A DNA stretch of 64,000 nucleotides, from NCBI GenBank assembly GCA_951406725.2, contig OX597822.1, forward strand, positions 62,682,001-62,746,000, in the 5' to 3' direction. A program made the position numbers and the translations under genes. The notes under the pieces were generated by a model that saw only the letters and a program-made list of their open reading frames with translations, did not search any database and was not told where the DNA came from. Of the stretch, positions 13,389 to 25,400 are shown piece after piece. The stretch comes from Octopus vulgaris (Eukaryota). Within the stretch, counting starts at the first letter, position 1; every line of letters begins with the position of its first letter.

Positions 13389-13937
13389 ATATACATATAT
13401 ATGCACACAGACACAGAGTGCAATTTAAATCTTGAATTACATGGTAATGAGCAAGTATTTTGAACGCCATAAGTATTCCAGTCTGTATTATTGTAACCTA
13501 ATCATTTCAGTATGAATATAGTGTTAGACTGATTAAGCCACAGAGTATACGGAAGGAAATATATAAAACATGAGAGATTGTATGATACTTGATTTACTAA
13601 ATATCAAATAAACAATCTGTCGTGTTTTTGTTTATGATATGTAAATATACGTCTAATGGCCTCTTGGTCGGGTTATTGCATTCGCGATAACGTGATCGTG
13701 CTTCCAATTCCTGGGCTGGGTGGTGAGTTGTGTTTTTAAGCAAAACATTCCATCTCGCGCTACTTTGCGATCACCTCGATACCTGATATTTTGTACACTA
13801 TGCGCCTGTTCGGACCAGATCGATTTGATAGAGGGAGTGATCTAAGGCATAGCAAAAATATTTTATCACTATAAACAAATAATTTGCGCAGGTTGTTCAG
13901 CAAAAATATTGCTAGGAAGCGAGAGACTACCAATAAT

Positions 13938-13971
<34 letters not shown>

Positions 13972-14035
13972 CCAGGGATTTGACCAGTGTGGAACCACCA
14001 CTTAATCACTATTTTTCCCAAGTCTACTCTAACCC

Positions 14036-14374
14036 GGTGAAAGCGCATGGCTCAGTGGTTAGAGCGTCGAGCTTACGATCGTGAGGTTGTGAGTTCGATT
14101 CCCGGACCGGGCTGCGTGTTATGTTCTTGAGCAAGACAATTTATTTCACGTAGCTCCAGTTCACTCAACTGCAGAAATGAGTTGCAGCATCACTGGTGCC
14201 AAGCTGTATCGGCCTTTGCCTTTCCTTTGGATAACATCAATAGCGTGGAGAGGGGAGGCTGGTATGCATGAGCGACTGCTGGCCTTCTATAAACAACCTT
14301 GCCCGGACTTGTGCCTGGGAGGGTAACTTTCTTGGTGCAATCCCATGGTCATTCATGACCGCAGGGGGTCCCCG
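14036..14374 (+). mobile_element. tRNA-derived SINE family C (CORE-like central domain) with 10-bp TSD
   Basis: A-box TGGCTCAGTGG, B-box GAGTTCGATTC, CORE-like GTTCTTGAGCAAGACA...CAGTTCACTCAACTGCAGAAATGAG; TSD ACTCTAACCC at 14026-14035 and 14375-14384. Confidence 0.9.
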
Positions 14375-14961
14375 ACTCTAACCCAGAGAAGTAGCGCTTT
14401 TCAGGATCCCATCTACGGGCTAAATAATATATGCAATGACAATCCATCTGTGCGCGAGGACGCAGAAATGCCATTAGTTGGTGTGATGACACGGAATAAA
14501 ACCCCTGGGACTGAGGGGGGCTCCAAGCTGTTGTCACAGCATCCTTCTAAGAGAGGGACACTCTGATGGCAAGACCTGTAGTTTCATATGATTTGTCATC
14601 ATCTCACTCCGACCTGTCACCAGGTACTAACCAATGGAACCCCAGAGAATGATGCTCGTGTTGTACAAGCTTTATTGTTATAATCTAATGACGTATAGAT
14701 GTCTCTTTATTACCTTATTCGTCATTCCATCTACTGAAACTCCTTTGACAATGGAAAAGTGGCTACATGTGCAGACCCAAGCAGGTGGAATTGCACAGTA
14801 AGTTACAGCTTTTGTCAGTCACCTATTCTCCAAAGCATGCAGATCTCGAAAGGAACTGAATCGTCATCTGAGATGTCATTGACAGAAAATCAGAAATGTC
14901 ATGCCATTGTCGAGGAGGAAGCACAAGGAGACGGTAATCATATTTGAAGATAAAAGAATCA

Positions 14962-15250
14962 CCAGGCGCATGGCTCAATGGTTAGAGCGTCTGGCTCACA
15001 ATTACGAGGTTGGGAGTTCGATTCCCGGACTGGGCTGTTGTGTTCTTAAGTAGGACATTTTATGTCATATTGTTCCAGTTCACTCGGTTGTAGAAATATA
15101 TTGGCCTTTGTCTTTGCCTTGGATAACATTGGTGGCGTGGAGAGGAAGGTTGGTATGCATGGTCTTCCGCAAACAACTTTGTCCAGGCTTGAGCCTCGGA
15201 GGGAAACTTTCTAGGTGCAATCCCATGGTCATTCAATGACCATAGAAGGT
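14962..15250 (+). mobile_element. SINE family C
   Basis: Collinear with 14036-14374. Confidence 0.85.
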
Positions 15251-15343
15251 ATTTACTTTTTAAATACATGTACATATATATACGTATATGTATGTGTATG
15301 TATATGTGCGTGTGTGTGTGTGTGTGTGTGTATGTATACATAG

Positions 15344-15378
<35 letters not shown>

Positions 15379-15380
<2 letters not shown>

Positions 15381-15604
15381 GGAGTAAGCACATAAATGTG
15401 AAACAAGGTGGAAAAAAGAGTACTCAAATACCAGAGTTAGAGTAATATGCTTTATTTAAAAACAGCAGAAATATAATAAAAGCTGTTACTCAGAGTTTCA
15501 CGTTCCCGTTCGTCGGACAGTTTTGTTAACGAAACTGTCCGACGAACGTGAAACTCTGAGTAATAGCTTTTGTTATATTTCTCCTGCTTTTAAATAAAGT
15601 ATGT
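15379..15604. mobile_element. PLE-type terminal fragment with fold-back palindrome (about 15445-15604)
   Basis: Inverted arms centred on GTTAAC (15525-15530); inserted in TA/TG microsatellite; hammerhead motif in the arms. Confidence 0.75.
15483..15520 (-). ncRNA. Minimal type-I hammerhead motif, CCGACGA core variant
   Basis: CUGU-CCGACGA-ACG(GGAA)CGU-GAAA-CUC.U.GAG-UA-ACAG; all three stems pair. Confidence 0.7.
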
Positions 15605-16431
15605 ATATGTGTGTATGTGTGTGTGTGTGTGTGTGTGTGTTTATATATATATATATATATATATATGCATACATATGGGCATGGATATATGTACCTGTGC
15701 GTGCATATACATCGTTTGAAGGCATGATGCTTTGGAATTGTCTGATTTAAGCTCTTTTCATGCACTTGTGTTAAGATCACAATTTATATCGAGAACGACA
15801 GACGCAGTCAGTTTTATTGGAGCTACTCAGTGCTGTGCACTCGATTAATACCTGCTTAAACGAAATTCGTGCTTCGATGCATACACTTAATATCACACAG
15901 AGATGGTCTGAAAATATTTAAAAGGAGACAAAAATAGCAACTTTTTTTCATTTAATACTGTTTCTAGAGACCGCCAGTCTTCTACAGTTCCAGTGAAACT
16001 TTATTCCTATATATCGAAGCACGGATTTCATTTAACCAGGTGACAATTGAGTGCTCTGTATTGACAAGCCTCGACAAAGGCGAAACGCGTTTGTCGTTCG
16101 CGTGAATCATTACAGCGACGATGTTCCTCTCCCTTCGATATATATTGTGTATTTGTAACACAAGTCAATGCAGAGATTTAATCTCAAACAATTCCACAGC
16201 ATCATGCCTTCTAAAGGTGTGTATGTATTTAGTATGATGCACAGATTGCGATTCTAACTTAATGTTGTTTCATCTGCGTCTTCCTTCTAAAAGGTCAGTG
16301 TCATTCTGTTTTTTTGTATCTTTTCTAAGATTTTTTTTTTGTATTTTTTTTTCGAAAATCTTCCTTCAAATATTTTTATTGCTTGAATTAATTTTTGTAA
16401 AAACGTATCTATTACCTGTAGATGTGAACAG

Positions 16432-16832
16432 AGGCTAAGGAGCGGCTGTGTCGTAAGTAGCTTGCTTACCAACCACGCGGTTCTGGGTTCAGTCCCACTG
16501 CATGGCACCTTGGGCAAGTGTCTTCTAAAGCCTCGGGCTGACCAAAGCTTTGTGAGTGGATTTGATGGACGGAAACTGAAGCCCGTCATATGTATGTATA
16601 TGTATATATATATATACACACACGTGTATGTGTATGTGTTTTGTGTCTGTGTTTGTCACCATTACATGATAACCAATGCCGGTGTGTTTACATCACCGCA
16701 AAGTAGAGGTTTGACAGAAGAGACCGATAGAATAAGTACTAGGCTTACAAAAAATAAATTTTGAGGTCGATTCGTTCGACTAAAGGCGGTGCTCAGCATG
16801 ACTGCAGACAAATGATTGAAACAAATAAAATA
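16432..16832 (+). mobile_element. SINE family B, near full length, with internal microsatellite
   Basis: tRNA-like head, TA/TG spacer, conserved tail. Confidence 0.9.
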
Positions 16833-16934
16833 ATATAAATGTGTTTGTATATATATATAAACACGGTTATAGAGCGAGCATACAGATGTAAGCATTGGCA
16901 AAAACATACATTTAGTGCATATAAGTAGTCTCTA

Positions 16935-17407
16935 TCATTATATATAATTTAAACTTTAATTTCCTTTATATTTAACATTCACTATTAATATCCCTACTCT
17001 TTCTGTTAGCTACTTATGACGTTATATCATATAACGGTTTTTTAAACAATATTAATAGCGTTCTGTCTATCGCTATACAAATCCATCATTTTTTGCTAAA
17101 ATGTCTTATTGACGAGTTTCGTTTTTTTCACTTTCCTGAGGAGAAGATTGCATTGTTTATACCATTTATTCTTTTGAATAGTATCAGTGGAATTTTCGAA
17201 ACATGTGTCGAAAGTAAAAATATTTGATTACACCTGCGTTAACTCCATGTTTTTATTCATATTAATCAAAATATTCAACGTAAACACGAAGTTTTTACCT
17301 TTATAAACAAGGAGTTACAACACCTTTACTTGTGAGATTTTTGCTGCCCTGGTAACTATTTATTTATTTTTCCGTGTTAATTGTTAACAAGGTAAAAAAT
17401 ACACTCA

Positions 17408-17410
<3 letters not shown>
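16935..17410 (+). mobile_element. Probable PLE terminal fragment hosting the hammerhead at 17131
   Basis: AT-rich non-coding segment with a canonical hammerhead, ending directly in (TA)n; left boundary uncertain. Confidence 0.5.
17131..17214 (+). ncRNA. Type-I hammerhead ribozyme, canonical core, extended stem II
   Basis: CUUUC-CUGAGGA-[55-nt hairpin GAAGAUU...AAUUUUC]-GAAA-CAUGUG-UC-GAAAG; stem I CUUUC/GAAAG; G-C closing pair; GUC triplet. Confidence 0.85.
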
Positions 17411-17451
<41 letters not shown>

Positions 17452-17532
17452 TACAAATAATCAGAAATGTCATGCTATTGTCGAGGAGGAAGCACAAGGA
17501 GATGGTAATCATCTATGAAGATGAACGAATCA

Positions 17533-17712
17533 CCAAGCGCATGGCTCAGTGGCTAGAGCGTCATGCTCACAACCATGGGGTTATGAGTTCGATTACCGGA
17601 CTGTGCTGTGTCGTGATCTTAAGTAAGACATTTCACATTGTTTCAGTTCACTCAGTTGTAGAAATGAGTTGCGACGGCACTGGTGCCAAGCTGTATTGGT
17701 CTTGGTCTTTCC
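17533..17712 (+). mobile_element. SINE family C, 5' half
   Basis: GCGCATGGCTCAGTGGCTAGAGCG...GTAGAAATGAGTTGCG. Confidence 0.85.
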
Positions 17713-17963
17713 TTATATCTCAGAAAAATGGGATTAAAACATCCTCGCAGATATCAAGTAAGCACGCAGTATAAAGGAATATGGCTAAACTTCTAACGAG
17801 TAGATACCAGTAAAACAATCAATATGTACGAAGAAAATCATATCTTTATTTTAGATCACACCTTAAAAATCCAGCAATTGATTCAACTGCATTAACACAC
17901 ACACACACACGCACGCACGTACGTACGTATGTATGTATGTATGTATGTATGTATGTATGTATG

Positions 17964-17995
<32 letters not shown>

Positions 17996-18084
17996 AAATT
18001 AAGGAGTGCGTGCGTTACATAAATATTTTCAGAATTAACTAAAAAGACAACACACGAAAAATATAACCGACTTATATACATATA

Positions 18085-18170
18085 CTAGTAGTAATACTCA
18101 TCGTTGATCGGGTAATTACCTTTACTCTTTCTCGGGAGCCACATTCAAAGTGTTATTATATATAGATAGA
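18085..18170 (-). mobile_element. 86-bp non-autonomous Helitron (termini only)
   Basis: Minus strand reads A|TCTATCTATATATAATAA...ACCCGATCAACGATGAGTATTACTACTAG|T: 5' TC, 3' CTAG, A|T site; subterminal motif like that of 56762-57134. Confidence 0.65.
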
Positions 18171-18334
18171 TTTGCTCCTCCTGTATGTGTGTATTTTATA
18201 AGAAGAAACATGTAATAATTGAAGTAGAAAAAAGGTCAATTTCATACACGAACTTCTGTTTGTTTATTATATGGCAATAAGTGAGTTGTGGGTGTTGTTT
18301 TATATATCAATACAGTAGTGGCCATTATGTAATA

Positions 18335-18455
18335 CACAAGGATTTGGTCGGCATGGAGCTGTACTGAAGGAGAATTGCCAACGTGCCGCACAGTGGGACT
18401 GAACCCAAGGCGACATGGTTGGAAAGTAAGCTTCTCCACCACACAGCTACGCCTA
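18335..18455 (-). mobile_element. SINE family B, 5' fragment
   Basis: GTGCCGCACAGTGGGACTGAACCC...ACCACACAGC. Confidence 0.7.
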
Positions 18456-18585
18456 TAAAGGAGAGATACATTTTGGGTAATATACTTGTTGATACAATAT
18501 GCTTAACCTAAAGATATGTTTACGAGAAGCCCTTTGATTGTAATATTTACTCGAGCCACGCAACAACTAACAACGCTACACCATA

Positions 18586-18850
18586 CAGGGTGTTCCAGAA
18601 TTAACTGTTTCAATGAAATTGAGCAAATTATTAATAAACTGACAGAATTTTATGTTTATCACCAAAACAAATAGATTTATAAATCTTCCAACAAACTTTT
18701 ATTGAAAATTTTCAACATGTCTGTATCCTTGCATACTTCAAATCTCTCCTTAGTGTTGTGAAACACATTTTGAAGCATTTAAGGAGTTAGCTCCTGCACT
18801 GTTAACTGAATACGTTCTTTAAGCTCAGCTAAACGATTGCTCCATCTTGG
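18586..18850 (-). mobile_element. Tc1/mariner-type 3' relic
   Basis: TA|CAGGGTGTTCC terminus; minus frame LAELKERIQLTVQELTP*MLQNVF resembles a transposase C-terminus. Confidence 0.55.
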
Positions 18851-19789
18851 GGATGGAGGTAAAGAAAATGATTGCTGCCAAATTGAAAAAAAGCTGTCAT
18901 GGACATATAAGAGTGGTCCAACAGGAACGAAAATAAAATTATAAACAAAATTCAAAATTTATACACTTTTAACACATACTAAACATGATAAACATAAATA
19001 TAAGTGAGTTTTTAAAAGATGCATCCGATTTCACTCAAATAATCATTAATCGTCGGACAAACTGTATTTAGTCGTCCGATTAAACGGGGCAGGGAACACA
19101 GGAGTGGGGGACCTAATTGTAGGTGGCGAACGTAGCTTCCGGAAGTGGTCACGCAATCAAACTCAGTTTTCTGGGGTTTTTTTTAGCATGAACATTTTGC
19201 ATTATATAGGTCAGACAAGGATGACATAGTAAGAAGACATGCTGCTGGGTCATGCTGCGTTGCGCAGGATTGGAAACGTGAAACATCAACAGGGCACTTC
19301 TGGAGAATGGATGAATGAGTTTGTTGTGCTTCCAAAATACAAGCTGTGTGGTAAGAAGCTTGCTCCTCAAGCACTTGGCTCCGGGTTCAATCCCACTGCG
19401 TCGCAATCCAACATCGCTTGAGCAGTGGTAATTGAGGTCAAATGCAACAGAGAGCATTCACACGTAGATATTTTCATGCATAGACACACACATATATGCA
19501 CTAAAGACATCCACACTGTTTCCGTCTACCAAATCCATACAGTTTTAGGTTGGCCCATGGTTATAACAGAAAACTATAATCCAAGATGCCGCACAGTTGG
19601 ACACAACCTAAGACCACAGGGTTGAGAAGCAAGCTTCTTAACCACACAGCCATTCATGCCTATCAATTATATCGATCTTCTGAGAGCAGTCGATATGAAA
19701 ATCGATAGAATATCGGTCAGATTATCTTTTCAACGTTTAGTTATATTCTTTTACTTTCTGGGGTTAGACCATTATTTATTTATTAATTT

Positions 19790-20230
19790 ATTTAACCCCT
19801 TGTGAGCAATAAAGAAATAAGAAACGTTAGCACATCGGCCGAAATGTTTAGCGGTATTTCGTCTGCCGTTACGTTCTGACTTCAAATTCCGCCGAGGTTG
19901 ACTTTGTCCTTTATCGGGGTCGATAAATTAGGTACCAGTTACGCACTGGGGTCGATGTAATCGACTTAATCCGTTTATCTGTCCTTGTTTGTCCCCTCTA
20001 TGTTTAGCCCCTTGTGGGCAATAAAGAAATAAACGTTAGCACGACGGCTGAACTACTTAGCGGTATTTCGTCTGTTTTTACGTTCTGAGTTCAAATTCCG
20101 CCGAGGTCGACTTTGCCTTTCATCCTTTCGGCGTCGATAAGTTAAGTACCAGTTGCGTGGTGGAGTCGATCTAATCGACTGGCCCTCCCTCCAAAAATTT
20201 CGGACTTTGTGCCCAAAGTAGAAAAGAATA
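19790..20230 (+). mobile_element. SINE family D, tandem units
   Basis: Meta-like block twice; two alternative tails. Confidence 0.85.
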
Positions 20231-21379
20231 TTTATTCCGATTCTGTTCAAATCCTGCTGCGAGCAACTTTGATTTCATCCCACCGAAGTCGATAAAATAA
20301 AATACCTGTCAACTATTTTGGTCACTGGTACTAACCCCAGTACTTGACCAAACCCCTTACCCGCTAACTTGTTGGTCTTCTGCCAAAATTAGAAATTATC
20401 ATTGTTGTTGTTGTTGTTGTATAACGTTTGGTCAGCTCTCCTCCAGCAAAGCTATAATTGAAGTATTTCAAACTTGACCATCTCGTCTCTCGTATCTATC
20501 TCTGTCTCTCTCTCTCTCTCTCATACACATACACAACACACACTCAGATGTACATATACCCACGCATCCACAGACATACACACACATATTCTTGCTACGT
20601 TCTTGTCTTCTGAATGTAAATTTTTGTGACAGTGAGATTGTTATTACTCTTGTTGTTCGTGTCGAAGGCACTCGGGCGAAATTTGATTTATATAGATCCT
20701 CGCTTCACCACCTGCATTTGTATAGTTTATCACTGCCATAGATATATTATAATTCCTATGTTTATAGCGTTTATTGTATTGTACGTGCTGTTGCAAGCCA
20801 AAATTCTTATGATAATTCTGTTTGTACTTCCGTTACTTAGCCCGTCCGTAACGCTTCCACATGATTAGCTGAAGAGAGAAGATATGGGAGTGATGGGGGG
20901 AGGTGAGAGATGGGGATAGGATGGAGAAGAGGTGGTACAGAGTGAAATGTGTAATTTCTTTTTTGAAATTACACATTTTTTCCTCCGTTGCTTAACCTGT
21001 CTAACGTGATTAGATGAAAGGAAAGGCGAAAGAAAAGAGAGAGAGAGAGAAAAAGAAAACGGGTAGGCGAAGGGTGAGAGAGGAAGAGTGTTGTGTATTA
21101 AATCTATAAAATTGTGCATAAAGGATATAAAGTGCATTAAGTAATCATCGTATTCCAATTTCCTTCACTTTTCAATGATTAGATCAGCGACGATCTTTTG
21201 ATACAGACACAACACAGGCTACGCTTTCAGATCTTTTTAATAAAGTTTTCAGAAATAACCTAATAATTTTACCATTAATTCCGTGAAATATTATTATTGT
21301 ACATTTCACCTCTCAGAGCTCTCGGTTTCTCTTGCTTCGGCTAATTTTGTAAGAGCGGGCAATAACCTGTTAAGTGTCT

Positions 21380-21614
21380 CACCAGGTCTTCTTCCATGAA
21401 ACTTAACATCCAAGTACCAGTCTGAAAATACTCGCCAGCCCCCATAAAGCAGTTTTCTGACCATGTTCTACCCTTGTGTCAATCCCAATTTCGCTACCCT
21501 AGTTGTTAATGCTCTTGATGCCCCTACAACTATAGGAATGTCATATACTTTCTTCATTGCCCACATTTGTGGAATCTCTTCTTTTAGTGGCGTGTACATC
21601 TGAATCTTTACCCA

Positions 21615-21615
<1 letters not shown>
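21380..21615 (-). mobile_element. R4/Dong-like LINE relic, restriction-like endonuclease C-terminus
   Basis: KIQMYTPLKEEIPQMWAMKKVYDIPIVVGA; abuts (TTA)n at 21617. Confidence 0.65.
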
Positions 21616-21647
<32 letters not shown>

Positions 21648-21648
<1 letters not shown>

Positions 21649-22020
21649 GGCGGTAAGTTGGCAGAATCGTTAGCACGCCGGGCGAAATGCTTAACAATAT
21701 TTCCTCTGTCTTCACATTCTGGGTTCAAATTCCGCTGAGGTCGACTTTGCCTTTCATCCTTTCGAGGTCGATAAATTAAGTACCAGTGAAACACTGGTGT
21801 CGATGTAATCGTCTTATCCTCTCCCACAAAATGGATGCCCTTGTGGCAAAATTTGAAACTATTATTATTATTATTATTATTAATATTATTATTATCATTA
21901 CGACGACAACCTGGCAGAATCGTTAGCAAGCCAGACAAAATGATTAGCGGCTTTTCGTTTGTCTTTACGTTCTGAGTTCAAATTCCATCAAGGTCAACTT
22001 TGCCTTTCATCCTTTCGAGT
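21648..22020 (+). mobile_element. Two SINE family D copies separated by (ATT)n
   Basis: GGCAGAATCGTTAGCA...GCCTTTCATCCTTTCG. Confidence 0.85.
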
Positions 22021-22857
22021 GATGCGTCCGAGTCTTTGTCATCAACTTCCGAAACTTTTACATCAACCTTGTAGCTCTCAGAGATGGACCAATTAATAAT
22101 ACTGAAATTGTATATGATTACAGACCTGGCAAACGTGTTTAATGCTTCAATTTCGTTCTTCGTGTTCACCTAGGTTCTCAGAATATCTCTTACTCTACGA
22201 AAACATTCCTTATCCTTTTCTCCATTAGTGGGTTCTTAATTTTATTGCCTTCACAGAACTCTGAAATATTTATAACTGCCATTACGTTTTAATTCTTTTT
22301 ATTATCTAGAGTGATGTTACACATAGTTGATAGGTTTTCTGAGACAAATATAGCCTTGGCGCAATTATTATGCCCAAATTCCATTTTCATATTATCACTA
22401 TATTGTTTGACTGTACGAGGAAGTACTTGAAGCTGTTCATAATTTTTTGCAGTTTCAAGTTATGCATATAGAGATGTTTGATGGGTTTTTTTCATACTCC
22501 ATGTATCCAGAATTTGTTTCATTTTGGAGTTAGTGTTAAACAAACTAATGAAGATAATGTGTCTCCTTTGAAAACTGTACATTTGATATTGACATCTACA
22601 CAATTTATTGTTGCAGTGTCTGTGTCATTCATGCCATAGAGGGTGGGTAGGAGGAAAACATGAGAGAGGTGGGGCCCCCAAGTTTCTTCCTTCAATCGCA
22701 GTGCCAAGTAGGAGGTTAATCTTTTCTGTATAAATCGCAGGTCCTCTATTACGTCAGATATTTATCATAAACGTCATTTGAGAGCCATTTCTCCATCTTT
22801 ACAGTAAACTTAGCACGGGGAGCTCGAGCAACGTCATGCCCAGGCATTATCAGAATT

Positions 22858-23150
22858 AGCTGGACGGATTAAAGAAATAATGAATGGGTTTCTAGCAACA
22901 TAAATTGCCAAGAAAGACTGTTAAATCCTATCATGAAGAGAAACTAGACCTTCACCGGACATATACTTAGAAGACAAGAACTTCACAAGTCCCTTTAAAA
23001 AGTGCGACTTCGGGCAAAAAAAGAAAAAAAAACGAAGACCTAAAACCAGATTTAGTGATAACATCAAAGAAGCTATTAGCAAAAGTTTTGCAGAGCTGTG
23101 CAGATTGGCACAGGACAGACATGGGTAAAAGGTCGCGGTGGCTCAATTAT
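22858..23150 (+). mobile_element. RTE-type LINE 3' relic
   Basis: Broken frame SWTD*RNNEWV...FTGHILRR...RRPKTRFSDNIK...LAQDR. Confidence 0.65.
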
Positions 23151-23999
23151 TTGAGCCTTCCATCATATAGAGAGTGTCTGTATTCAGAATTAATGTCATT
23201 TTCTAAAGCTTCATAATATGAGATAAATTATTCTTGATTATTGGTGGTTTTAAATTTCTCCAGACACTCCTCTGTTCAGCTGTTCCAGCTGTGACGAACA
23301 TTATCAGAGGCCATTTTATAACATATTTAGTCATTCGAAAACTTTTCTTGTGGTGACAACCACCAAAAAGTGTTTTTTCTTTCTCAATTACCCGTTAAGC
23401 ACTGACGTCGATATAATCAGCTAACCCATCCTTTTGGCCTTGTGCCAAAATGTGAGACCATTATTATGATGAGGATATTTTCTTTTTTCAGTTGTTTCCA
23501 TTTCTTGGCACCTTGGCCAAAGAAACTCACTGTATACATTGACAGGTCATTAAAATAAACTCACCAGATTAATAATAATCAAATGATGTTATAAGAGCGG
23601 TAAGTGTTCTCAACCGACAATATTCTTTTCGATAGTGTGACGCAACCGGTATTATTATTATTCTATAACTGTTCAATATTTGGTAGATTGAGGCAAATTT
23701 CTACTGCATAACCTGCTACACCTACGTGTTGCTGAGGTATGTGCAGCATTGTGTGGTCTTTTCTGCTGTTGAGAGTGTGCGAACTCTTCCCGGTACTGTA
23801 TTGTGTTTTCTTTTTCCTCTCGAGGTGTGGTGCTGTCTTTTGTTGTGTTACTGCTTGTATTGAGTGTATAATGCTTTGGCTTTTTGGCTTGCTGGTGGGA
23901 GTTTATTTCACTGGGTAAGTGCTTTATAGAGTATGTCTTGTATTTGTGGGTTATTTTCTTTAAGTTGTATTATTGGATTGATAGTATCTGGCGTAGGAT

Positions 24000-24310
24000 A
24001 TTTTTTAGACAGTGTGCAGTGTTGAGGATCCAGATATAGCTTCTACATTTTTGTTCATACGATTTTTTTTATCATGCCCAGTGCTCCAATTATTATTAGT
24101 ATTGTTTTTACCTTCATGCCCCATATTTTGAATACTTCAATTTCGAGGTCTTTAGACTTCGACAATTTCTCCTCTTCTTTTTTGACAATATTTTGATCAG
24201 AAGGGAATGCAATGTCTATCAGTAAGCAGGTGTCTTTTTCCCAGTCCTTGACTATTATGTCTAGGCGAATAGCTTTTATTTCTTTGTCGGTTTGAATATA
24301 AAGGTTTGTG
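24000..24310 (-). mobile_element. R4/Dong-like LINE relic, restriction-like endonuclease domain
   Basis: IQTDKEIKAIRLDIIVKD...CLLIDIAFPSDQN...DLEIEVFKIWGMKVKTILIIIGALGMIKK; near (ATT)n 24381-24455. Confidence 0.8.
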
Positions 24311-24380
24311 TATAAAGAAAAGTGTTTTCTTTTTCTCATGTTGCTTTACTACATGCAGTAGTCTTCCCTCCTTGTTTCTA

Positions 24381-24457
<77 letters not shown>

Positions 24458-24835
24458 GGCGGTGAGTTGGCAGAATCGTTAGCATGGGTGAAATGCTTAG
24501 CGGTATTTCGTCTGCCGTTACGTTGTGACTTCAAATTCCGCCGGGGTCGACTTTGCCTTTCATCCTTTCGGGGTCGATAAATTAAGTACCAGTTACGCTC
24601 TGGGGTCGATGTAATCGACTTAATCCATTTGTCTGTCCTTATTTGTTCACCATATGTTTAGCCCCTTGTGGGTAGTAAAGAAATAGGTATTTCGTCTGTC
24701 TTCCCGTTCTGAGTTCAAATGCTGCGCTACATCCTTTCCGGGTCGATAAATTAAGTACCAGTTATGCACTGGAGTCGATGTAATCGACTTAATCCTTTCC
24801 CGAAAATTTGAGGCTTTGTGCTTCCAGTAGAGAGG
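24458..24835 (+). mobile_element. SINE family D, two tandem units
   Basis: Full head GGCGGTGAGTTGGCAGAATCGTTAGC; junction AAAGAAATA|GGTATTTCG at 24685/24686. Confidence 0.9.
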
Positions 24836-24954
24836 ATTGTTATTCATATACTCAACAGATTAGACTGTTGGAAAAGAAAAGAATCCTAACATCGAACTAC
24901 AACAAGTAGCCGTAGATACCAAGAACTCTCCTATTGAATTACTGCAAGTAACCT

Positions 24955-25050
24955 TAGATGCCAAGAACCCTCCTAGGTATCCTAGCTGTCTCTAATAACA
25001 CTGTTTTCTGCAGCTGTACTAAACTGTGTTTAATGCCTATTTCCGCTATC

Positions 25051-25119
<69 letters not shown>

Positions 25120-25400
25120 CTTCAACTATCTAACGCCTTCTTGGCCAAGCCAAAACTTCAAACCTTTTATAACAGTTCTACTGGACACTGTATTCCTATT
25201 TCCTTTATATTCCTCTTGGTGCCTTCTTATACTGTCCCCAAGGACCCAAAAATAATTGGCACTATATTCACTTTCTTTATTCTCCACAATCGAGCTATCT
25301 CGTATTTTAAGGGGTTGTGTATGTCTATTTTTTCGTCTCCCTTCTTGACTATTCATGGGTGAAAGGGGAACGCAGCATCAATTACAGAGCACATTGTACT
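24955..25400 (-). mobile_element. Two R4/Dong-like endonuclease C-terminal relics separated by (ATT)n (about 25053-25118)
   Basis: LKYEIARLWRIKKVNIVPIIFGSLG and LQKTVLLETARIPRRVL. Confidence 0.7.

Noticed and set aside
22495-22520. Loose resemblance to miR-10 (..ATCCAGAATTTGT)
   Set aside because: Seed mismatch and no precursor hairpin
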